64,000 bases of DNA from positions 1 through 64,000 of the IMG/VR virus record IMGVR_UViG_3300007960_000014; one strand, given 5' to 3'. The translations under genes and the position numbers were made by a program. The notes beneath the pieces are model-generated. The model was not told the DNA's origin, did no database searches, and saw only the letters and a program-made list of their open reading frames with translations. Source of the DNA: a virus. Positions 18,502 to 25,845 of this stretch are shown here, piece after piece (the stretch's first letter is position 1; every line of letters starts with the position of its first letter).

Positions 18502-20041
18502 AATTAATTAGTTCTGAGTGATTGGTAAGTACCCCTTCCTCAGTAAAGGTTGCCTCGATACCATCTCCGAAAGATTTACCAACTTCGATATCTACCTCAA
18601 AAGGCACAACAAAATCAAAACCATATAGAGCTGGCAGGTCTTGAGTAGACTGCAAGCAATATTTGAGCAGCTCTGATACTTTTTTTATCTCATCAATGTC
18701 GCACTGTACTTCAACCGAGTCGTGAACGGAAGCTAGAAGGTCTAGGTCCAGACCGAGATGGTTTGAATATTTTTTTACGCGCTCAATTCCATGTAGCATG
18801 AGGTCCGAAGCGGAACTTTGAATGATAAAGTTCATCCCCTGGCGGAGAGCTCTCTCTTGATGAGCACGGGATGGGCTGTTAACGTTTTTAAGGTGCCTCC
18901 TGCGCCCAAACAGACTTGTGGCATACCCATCAGACATAATCTTCTTTCTGCCTTCCTTAATCCACGAGAACACGTTAGGAAAGGCACGAGAGTAATCAGC
19001 AAAAATACCTTTGCAATATCCTAAATCTTTGCCCACCTGCTGTGAAAGTTTGTTAGGTCCGCCGCCGTAAACAATAAGGAAGCTTACCGACTTAGCAATC
19101 TGTCGTTCCTCTTTGGTGATGTCGTCAATCGCCTTTCCGTAAATAAGGGAGGCTGTATACTTGTGCAGGTCTTGACCTTCAGTGAACGCCTTAATTAGGT
19201 TAGGGTCTTGGCAGCACTGCGCAAGCACACGGAGTTCCGCCGTAGCATAGTCCGCAGCGACAAAGGCTTTTCCGTCTTCAGCTACCATCAGTTTTCGGAT
19301 GTTCACTGGGTCATCTGCACTTGGTCGTGGCAGGGTGTGGAACGAAACGCCTTTCTTGTATTCCTTGTTAACGTATTTATTTTTCTTATTTAATTCGCGT
19401 ACCTTAACATTAGGAGTTGAACAAGACAGGCGTCCCGTTACCACAGTTGAGAAGTTGTATTGGGAGTAAATCCTCGGCTCCTCATTCCAATCAACAGATT
19501 TGCGAACACCAGTAACATAGGTTTTGTGTTGCTTGATTCTAGTTTTATATTTTAATAGCGTCTCAATAAACTCTTTAGCTTCTTTGTTAGTAGTCTTTGC
19601 TTTAAGTTTGTCTAGATGCTCTTCAGTGATGGAAGGTAGTTTATTTACCTTAGAAAATATCTCGGGCTGCAAATCAAAACCATCAGACGTAAACAGTACA
19701 CCCGCCAACTCTAAAGTTGAGTTTGGATTAAACTCTTTAACGGGAGACAAATCATTTAGCTTAGCTGACAGAGTTTCTATCTCTTTAACGAGAATAGAAT
19801 CTAGCTCCTCCAAATAAGCCACATCTACCTTAATACCCCTGTTCTCCATCTCAGCCATAGTTAGGAGAATATCTTTTAGAATACCGTCGTACACCTTATC
19901 AACCTTCATCGATTTCATCTTAGGTCGCATTTCTCTATACGCACGTAAGGTAAACTTGCAGTCCATGGCGTTACCAAAAGCCATCTCGTCTAAGGGCATG
20001 TTTGCCCAATCTGTTTCTTTTCCGTTGTTTACTGTAAGCAT
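18488..20041 (-). CDS. polA: DNA polymerase family A, C-terminal part (ExoIII segment, thumb, palm, fingers)
   Basis: ME.RG, FNPNS, TGRLS, motif A ADYATAELRVLA, DLH, motif B RQIAKSVSFLIVYG, FGRRR, NF.IQSSASD, motif C SVHDS. Confidence 0.92.
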   Translation of the reverse strand: MLTVNNGKETDWANMPLDEMAFGNAMDCKFTLRAYREMRPKMKSMKVDKVYDGILKDILLTMAEMENRGIKVDVAYLEELDSILVKEIETLSAKLNDLSPVKEFNPNSTLELAGVLFTSDGFDLQPEIFSKVNKLPSITEEHLDKLKAKTTNKEAKEFIETLLKYKTRIKQHKTYVTGVRKSVDWNEEPRIYSQYNFSTVVTGRLSCSTPNVKVRELNKKNKYVNKEYKKGVSFHTLPRPSADDPVNIRKLMVAEDGKAFVAADYATAELRVLAQCCQDPNLIKAFTEGQDLHKYTASLIYGKAIDDITKEERQIAKSVSFLIVYGGGPNKLSQQVGKDLGYCKGIFADYSRAFPNVFSWIKEGRKKIMSDGYATSLFGRRRHLKNVNSPSRAHQERALRQGMNFIIQSSASDLMLHGIERVKKYSNHLGLDLDLLASVHDSVEVQCDIDEIKKVSELLKYCLQSTQDLPALYGFDFVVPFEVDIEVGKSFGDGIEATFTEEGVLTNHSELINYVQN

Positions 20042-20214
20042 TTTAGTTCTCTTATTAAAGTAGATAAATCAATAATTATGTTAGCATATGTAGAGCAAGT
20101 TCCTCCATCTTTTTGTGTATGGTCTCTCACATTTAAGATGTGCTCTAGCGCAGCCTTTAGTGTTTCAATACACTGGTTCACCGCTTCTGGGTGCAAATCT
20201 TTCCTTAACCCCAT
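20029..20214 (-). CDS. Hypothetical 61-aa protein between the two polymerase genes
   Basis: TAATG-coupled to the upstream gene; overlaps the polA start by 13 nt. Confidence 0.55.
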   Translation of the reverse strand: MGLRKDLHPEAVNQCIETLKAALEHILNVRDHTQKDGGTCSTYANIIIDLSTLIRELKCLQ

Positions 20215-21188
20215 TAGTAAGTCTCTAGCTCCGTGGGGAAAAATTCTTTAACCAAATCCATCAAGCCATGAGGTAAGTTCTCGTCAATCAAGGAGTGCAT
20301 CATCTGAGTATCCTCAATGTTGGCAAAATCAGAGATACCTAGATTCATCAAAAACTTCAAATCAAACTTGCAGTTATGGAAAATCTTTGCCTGATTTTTA
20401 TTAGCACATACCTCCTTAAGCCTAGAAATCATCTCATTCAATTCCGTGCCAACAAAGGGGGAATCCTTATGATGGACAGGAAGAATAAACGTAGCAGAGT
20501 CTGAGGCAATACCAATGGTCTGTACTTTATCCTTCTTATAATCAAGCCCTGTCGTTTCTATATCAACTGCAAGCTCGGTATCGTTCTTAATCAAATCGAA
20601 CTGCTCATGAATACTATCAACGGTATCACATAGAACGAAATCAAGCTTAGAAAGCTTATTGTTTCCTAGTACAAACTTATCATAAGCATTGTTTACATCT
20701 TGGATAAACAAAGTTCTTAGTTTGGGCTCTAGGTACAAAGACATTGGGTGGAGAGTTGGAACCACAGCGATTGGCTCCTTGCCCTCTTGCACAAAAGGAA
20801 ACTCTTTCCCCCTCTTGTTTGTAACCCCGGACTTCTTTATGACGGCTTTCATTGCCATATTGCCTAGAGGGATAATCAAGGTAGGGGAAATAGCATCTAA
20901 GTCTTCGTACAAGTACTCCCTGTGCTTGGTAAGCATGGCAGTATCCACATCTGATTCTCTAAAGCCATACGATTTAATCGCCGCAACAAACTGGTAGGAA
21001 TTGTTGGGGAGCTTGGTCTGCTCTAAAAGATGTGAAAGAACACCGAACTCTTCGTCAGTGAACTCATATGTTACTCCATTTTCTCTATGAAAAGAATCAT
21101 GAACAAAGACAATTTTAGCGTCTGTCACCTCTTCTCGGTGAAATTGTTCATCATTCATAAAAGAATTTAGTAAAGAATCAGAAATCAT
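20214..21188 (-). CDS. DNA polymerase N-terminal part: uracil-DNA-glycosylase-like domain plus 3'-5' exonuclease (ExoI, ExoII)
   Basis: P.LIIPLGN.A, KRG and VVPTLHP (family-4 UDG fold); AVDIETTGL (ExoI), FHNCKFD (ExoII), DT.MM..L.DEN. Confidence 0.85.
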   Translation of the reverse strand: MISDSLLNSFMNDEQFHREEVTDAKIVFVHDSFHRENGVTYEFTDEEFGVLSHLLEQTKLPNNSYQFVAAIKSYGFRESDVDTAMLTKHREYLYEDLDAISPTLIIPLGNMAMKAVIKKSGVTNKRGKEFPFVQEGKEPIAVVPTLHPMSLYLEPKLRTLFIQDVNNAYDKFVLGNNKLSKLDFVLCDTVDSIHEQFDLIKNDTELAVDIETTGLDYKKDKVQTIGIASDSATFILPVHHKDSPFVGTELNEMISRLKEVCANKNQAKIFHNCKFDLKFLMNLGISDFANIEDTQMMHSLIDENLPHGLMDLVKEFFPTELETY

Positions 21189-21204
21189 AACCTATTATAG
21201 ACAC
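21189..21204. promoter_or_regulatory. 16-bp divergent promoter gap centred on near-palindromic CTATTATAG
   Basis: TATTAT 6 nt before the plus-strand ATG (21205); TATAAT 5 nt before the minus-strand ATG (21188). Confidence 0.5.
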
Positions 21205-21606
21205 ATGGAAAGCTTAAAGAAAAATTATATTGATAATAAGCATTTTGAAAAAACTATAAGACTCTATCTTGAGGATAATGATACCTACGAAGAGGAAGTT
21301 GTTCGTTTATTCGACCTGCTTATTACCAATATATTATTATCTTTTAAATTTAAGATTGAATTTGATGACGCGAAACAAGAGTGTTTTTGTTTAGTCCTCA
21401 AAACATTAAAGAACTTTTCTCCTGAAAAAGGTTCAGCCTTTAATTATTTTACTACCGTCATCTTGAACAATCTAAAGCTTCTCTATACAAAAAGAAAGAA
21501 GTATATTGATAAGGTACACGAGTACCGAAAGATTATGGGTGATTTTGGGGTTCAGTCTCAGACTGAAAAAACTGATACAGATTTGAATACTCCACCTGGA
21601 CGCTAA
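21205..21606 (+). CDS. gp55: Late-transcription sigma factor, T4 gp55-like
   Basis: NYIDNKHF...DAKQEC...NFSPEKGSAFNYFTT matches the region-2 pattern of gp55-like sigma factors. Confidence 0.72.
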   Translation: MESLKKNYIDNKHFEKTIRLYLEDNDTYEEEVVRLFDLLITNILLSFKFKIEFDDAKQECFCLVLKTLKNFSPEKGSAFNYFTTVILNNLKLLYTKRKKYIDKVHEYRKIMGDFGVQSQTEKTDTDLNTPPGR

Positions 21607-21865
21607 CCCTACCATTCTTTGTCGTCAGTAACGACGGCACTGAAGTGATGGAAAAGCTGGAGAAACATTCAGGAGTATCCCAACTGTTAATCAGATAGAG
21701 GGTTTCGTCCCCTTCCTGCTGCGCCCACTGTTCAGCCATTTCCAGGATTTTAGCGCACCTCTTATCCCACAGAGAGTGGTACAAGACCAGGATATCTGTC
21801 TCGCTCTTAGACTTAAGAGCTTCGTTTACTTCACTATCCGTTGTTAGTTTCTTTAGCGTTCTCAT
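21533..21865 (-). CDS. Thioredoxin-fold protein with a degenerate active site (WDKRC)
   Basis: LVLYHSLWDKRC and FSITSVPSL (cis-Pro loop); start moved to ATG 21865. Confidence 0.65.
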   Translation of the reverse strand: MRTLKKLTTDSEVNEALKSKSETDILVLYHSLWDKRCAKILEMAEQWAQQEGDETLYLINSWDTPECFSSFSITSVPSLLTTKNGRVSVQVEYSNLYQFFQSETEPQNHP

Positions 21866-22163
21866 CGGACTTCTCGGACTTCTCGTATTCAGCCATGATT
21901 TTTGCTTTTTCTTCTTCTGGCATGTTGCTAATCTTTTCATTCAGCTCTTCCATGGTGGCGGAAATGCCTTTGAAAAATAAGATTTTAGCAAGGTCGTCAT
22001 CAGACATACCAGCAGCCAAAGCGTTCTTTACGTTTTTCCACCCGGTAGTCTCTTCCTGAGTAAGTTTAATGTATAATTTCATCCTTCGTGTTGAATATTT
22101 AATTTTAAAGTTGTAATTGTTAGGGTTCAAAGACCCCAGAGTAATTTTTTCAGATTTTACCAT
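21834..22163 (-). CDS. Hypothetical protein
   Basis: 109-aa ORF in the operon direction, overlapping the next gene. Confidence 0.65.
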   Translation of the reverse strand: MVKSEKITLGSLNPNNYNFKIKYSTRRMKLYIKLTQEETTGWKNVKNALAAGMSDDDLAKILFFKGISATMEELNEKISNMPEEEKAKIMAEYEKSEKSDENAKETNNG

Positions 22164-22183
22164 TTTAGTTACTATTATATTAA
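22164..22183. promoter_or_regulatory. 20-bp divergent promoter gap (ACTATTATATT)
   Basis: TATTAT 5 nt before the plus-strand ATG (22184); TATAAT 10 nt before the minus-strand ATG (22163). Confidence 0.45.
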
Positions 22184-22690
22184 ATGGGAAAAAAGATTGA
22201 AGACATTCTATCCCACGGCGAATTCAAACAAAAAAAGAGAATTAATAGCCGTAGAAAAGGAAATGCATTTGAAAGAAAAATCTCTACATTGTTAAACGAG
22301 AGATTTGAGACAAACGAGTTTTGCCGTTCTCCAGGTTCAGGAGCATTTGCAACAACTCATAAGTTACCTCAACACATTAAAGTCCACGGGGACTTAATTA
22401 CACCAGAAAAATTTAAATTTGTTATTGAGTGTAAATCAGGGTACACGGTTGAGCTTGACGATTTGTTCAAACCTAAATCAGATTTTTGGGCATTTATCGA
22501 CCAAGCTAAGAGAGATGCAAAAGCAGCCAATAAGGATTGGTTGATGGTGTACCAAAAAACTAGAAGAAAGGCAGTCGTGGTTTCTAATGTTAAATACGCT
22601 CTAAAGCATGTAGAGTTATTTGGAGACTGCTACATGTATAGCTTCGATGAGTTCATTAAGCTTCCTGTAAATTTTTTCTTCTCCGACTGA
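22184..22690 (+). CDS. PD-(D/E)XK nuclease, Holliday-junction-resolvase-like
   Basis: SRRKGNAFER, R.PGSGA, GDLI, VIECK. Confidence 0.78.
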   Translation: MGKKIEDILSHGEFKQKKRINSRRKGNAFERKISTLLNERFETNEFCRSPGSGAFATTHKLPQHIKVHGDLITPEKFKFVIECKSGYTVELDDLFKPKSDFWAFIDQAKRDAKAANKDWLMVYQKTRRKAVVVSNVKYALKHVELFGDCYMYSFDEFIKLPVNFFFSD

Positions 22691-25090
22691 ATTAGTATTC
22701 TCTGAGATTGCTGTTGCAAGTATATCAAAGAGTTTAGGTTTAATCTTTGCTTCCATCTTAGGATAGAACACTCCTCCACCCCGAGAAGTTTTTCCTCTTA
22801 GGTCAGTGGAGAACACAACCTCGTTACCTATAGTCCAAGTATAACCTCCAGATGGGGTTCTCGTAGGCTTAGCTTTGCTTAAAACATATTTGGCTACTTG
22901 ATGGTTGCCAGCGAAGCGTATCTCCCCTCTCATAGCTTTCATCATAGCGTCATCCTCTTCGGTGACGAAGGAGCTAATCAAATCATTCATTGCAAAACCT
23001 TCGTTTAGAGAAGGGTCTTGCTCTGCTTTCAACTGCCTCAGGCGACGAATAAAATTAATTCTAGCATTACCAATGGCAGTATTATCCTTGCTAGCTATGG
23101 CGGTATCGATTTCTTGTTGCCACTCACTAAGCATTCGTAGAGTATCCACATCCCCATCAGCCACGTCTCCTAACAAAACGGAGAATGTAGCTTTAATTGA
23201 AGAGCGAGCTCTAGCATCAGAGCCAAACATAGCCTCTGCTGAACGAGCAATAACAGCATCTACTTCCATAGCCTTCTCTGCTACATTACGCTGTGAGGGC
23301 TTTAAGAATTTCTTCCTGGTAGATGTAAACTCTGCTGCTTCCTCACACTTCTGCCTTTGTGCTGCAGTAGATAAAGTTTCGCAGGGGGTGTTGTGGTAAG
23401 CATATGCAGGAGTATAGTAAGAGCTGCCTGATGGAGTATCTTTATCAAACCCGCTTTGAGATTTTAGTGATACACCTACGCCGCCACCCCCGGTAGTGTC
23501 AACCGTTACCTGTCCTGCTCCCAAATCACTAAGGGCTTGAGCGAACTTTTGTGCATCGTTTACACTAGCAAACTCTACCATAAAATCTGCTTTAGTTGTG
23601 GCTGTAGAAACCTTACCTCTTGAAGTAACTCCAGTAGGGGATACCCCTGCATTTTTCGCTACCCGAGCTAAGAAATATGATTCTTTAATGGTGTCTTTTA
23701 TATAATCGACAGCAGCTTTGTTACAATTGTCGGTGTCTATGTCTTTTAGTAGAGATTCAGAAGCGACTCTAGCATCCTCATGCTCAAACGTCATGCCTAA
23801 GTTGCCATCAGTAACAACAAAGTTCTGTATTTGCTCTCCCAAATCGCAGACATCCTTGATAGCTTGAGCAAATGCTTCCATGGCTTCGACAGTGGTAGCC
23901 ACAGATTCGGTGCCGAAAAAAGTATTTAAAGTTCCAATCATCAAATCTTCTTTCTTAGTTCCTAAAACTTGATAGATGTTACCTGCCCCACCACCAACAC
24001 TAGAGTTAAAGATAGCGGGTCGGGTATCCCCCGTAGCGCTCCTCACTTCTATGCCTTTAAATTGAGAACAAATATCTTGAGTGTAGCTACCCATAGACAT
24101 GCCATACATCTCTTGCCCTGCGTATTGAGGGGAAGAAGCCATACCCTCTAAATAGGCTGCGAAGTTAGGGGCTACTCTCTTAACCGAGTCCATGGCTTGT
24201 CTTCTTCCAAACCAAGAACCCGCATTGGTTTTAGGGTTACGGCAAACAAAAGAATCTAAGAGTTTTCTTTCCCTGGGAGTTAAATCAGAATCATCAATGT
24301 AAGAGCCCTCTTTGATTTTTTTTGCTACGCCTATCAAATCCACATGCGCATTAAAAATTTCTTTTTGTACTTCTGGAGCTACCCACGGAGTATCCCCACC
24401 ACGTAGAGACCTTTTGAACTTCATCAACTTGGTGTTGGCACCTGTAGGAGCTAATGTGATTCTATCGAATAAATCCTGAGCATCTATACCAGGAATAACA
24501 CCATCCATCTTTTGCGCGGCTTTCTCTATCTCTCCTGGCTGAGCTTCATAAGGAACGTAGTCTGCTGTTTGGTCAATTTCTTGTCCTGTGTTTGTGTCGA
24601 ATACAGTTCCGTCGCTTTCTGTTTCGGGTGCCTGTTCCCCTCCAGGCTCAGCCTTTAAATTTGCTTGAGCTCCTTCATCATCCGCAATATCACCTTGCAA
24701 ATACTCTATAGCTCCCGCTAGAGTTTTACTGTTGATTCCTGTATGTCCCCCGCCAACACTAAGAGTGTATCTTGTTCCTTTTTGTGTGCGGAACTCCACC
24801 TTAGGTAATGAGCCAGCTTTTTGCGAAGGAATATACATGGGGTCGTAAGTCCCCCCAGTTCCTCTCATCTGTTCGGGAGGCACTTGTAATTTTTGTAGAA
24901 GGTCTGCTTTAATTTGATTCTTTTGTGCGTCGGGTAATTTTGCCGTACCCCCCATCATGGAATTATATCTTCTACTTAGCTCTTGACGACCTTTATCTTT
25001 AGTAGAGGCATCTTCCTGTTCCGTAAGAGAATATTTTCTCTTACGGATGGCTTCATAAGATTCCATTAGTTGGTCGAAGATAGATTCCAT
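22616..25090 (-). CDS. Large hypothetical protein, possibly head-packaged, with a putative PD-(D/E)XK motif
   Basis: 824-aa ORF; KADFMVEF...GVGVSLK; terminal L/I-x-E sites (LMES, LTEQ, ISEN, LNEL). Confidence 0.5.
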   Translation of the reverse strand: MESIFDQLMESYEAIRKRKYSLTEQEDASTKDKGRQELSRRYNSMMGGTAKLPDAQKNQIKADLLQKLQVPPEQMRGTGGTYDPMYIPSQKAGSLPKVEFRTQKGTRYTLSVGGGHTGINSKTLAGAIEYLQGDIADDEGAQANLKAEPGGEQAPETESDGTVFDTNTGQEIDQTADYVPYEAQPGEIEKAAQKMDGVIPGIDAQDLFDRITLAPTGANTKLMKFKRSLRGGDTPWVAPEVQKEIFNAHVDLIGVAKKIKEGSYIDDSDLTPRERKLLDSFVCRNPKTNAGSWFGRRQAMDSVKRVAPNFAAYLEGMASSPQYAGQEMYGMSMGSYTQDICSQFKGIEVRSATGDTRPAIFNSSVGGGAGNIYQVLGTKKEDLMIGTLNTFFGTESVATTVEAMEAFAQAIKDVCDLGEQIQNFVVTDGNLGMTFEHEDARVASESLLKDIDTDNCNKAAVDYIKDTIKESYFLARVAKNAGVSPTGVTSRGKVSTATTKADFMVEFASVNDAQKFAQALSDLGAGQVTVDTTGGGGVGVSLKSQSGFDKDTPSGSSYYTPAYAYHNTPCETLSTAAQRQKCEEAAEFTSTRKKFLKPSQRNVAEKAMEVDAVIARSAEAMFGSDARARSSIKATFSVLLGDVADGDVDTLRMLSEWQQEIDTAIASKDNTAIGNARINFIRRLRQLKAEQDPSLNEGFAMNDLISSFVTEEDDAMMKAMRGEIRFAGNHQVAKYVLSKAKPTRTPSGGYTWTIGNEVVFSTDLRGKTSRGGGVFYPKMEAKIKPKLFDILATAISENTNSVGEEKIYRKLNELIEAIHVAVSK

Positions 25091-25093
25091 GTC

Positions 25094-25128
25094 AATATAA
25101 AAGGCTCCCCACCATTAGATAGGAAGCC
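25094..25128 (-). terminator. Rho-independent terminator after the tail tube gene
   Basis: Minus strand GGCTTCCTATC-TAAT-GGTGGGGAGCC-TTTTATATT: 11-bp stem with G-U pairs followed by a U tract. Confidence 0.8.
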
Positions 25129-25151
25129 TTTTTGGGAACTTTAATTATTTA

Positions 25152-25817
25152 TTAGCCAAGCCCGGGAATGAGGCTTCCTAAAAAGTTTTCAAAGGCGCTA
25201 TCAGTGGTTTTATATTGTACAATCATATCGTACTTGATTTCGCAATCAATAGTTGCAAAATCATTCGTGCCATAAGAAAGTTCGCCAATAGACCATTTGA
25301 TTGGGAACGCGCCATAAAGCTTAGCTACCAGTTTTGGATTGCGCTGGTTATCTAATTGAATAACTTCTATCGTTCTCTTGAATTGGTCGCCTGCGATGAC
25401 AGGGTTCGAGTGGGTACCAAAGATTGGGTCATAAGTTGTTCTCATCCACGCATATAGTAACTTAGCAGTATCTCCTTTAATCATATTATCAAAGGAAATG
25501 GTAGCCGTTTGCGTAGAAGGTCGTCCAGGATAGTAAAATCTATCGTTAACTTTGTTAACGTCGATAGTTTCTACGTTATAGGAAAGACCAGTTACACGGC
25601 GAGCTGCTAACGTTAAGGTATCGTTGGTGTCAGTAAAATTAAAGAAGTTATCTACTGTACCAAGAATACCAGCTATATTAGGGATTCTAACAATCCACCC
25701 ATACGCCCGAAAAGAATCGTACATATGTGTGAGTTTGTGACCTTCGGTGATGTCGATATCAAGTTCACGGGAGCTTTGCCTCCAAAACTCGTCTACTGCT
25801 TCTACGTTAAATGCCAT
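25152..25817 (-). CDS. gp19: Tail tube protein (T4 gp19-like)
   Basis: YYPGR, ISFD, L.AW, QLD, LYGAFP.KW.IGELSY, IKYD; follows the sheath gene. Confidence 0.85.
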   Translation of the reverse strand: MAFNVEAVDEFWRQSSRELDIDITEGHKLTHMYDSFRAYGWIVRIPNIAGILGTVDNFFNFTDTNDTLTLAARRVTGLSYNVETIDVNKVNDRFYYPGRPSTQTATISFDNMIKGDTAKLLYAWMRTTYDPIFGTHSNPVIAGDQFKRTIEVIQLDNQRNPKLVAKLYGAFPIKWSIGELSYGTNDFATIDCEIKYDMIVQYKTTDSAFENFLGSLIPGLG

Positions 25818-25831
25818 TGTTTAATCTCCTG

Positions 25832-25841
25832 TATTATATAG
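25832..25841 (-). promoter_or_regulatory. Putative late promoter CTATATAATA
   Basis: Upstream of AGGAG RBS and gp19; the motif recurs before other structural genes. Confidence 0.55.
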
Positions 25842-25845
25842 GGTC

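Noticed and set aside
20042-20213. Self-splicing intron or intein joining the two polymerase halves
   Set aside because: The gap is only about 172 nt, has no recognisable group I/II core or intein termini, and holds a coupled ORF. Kept only as a lower-ranked alternative in the finding.
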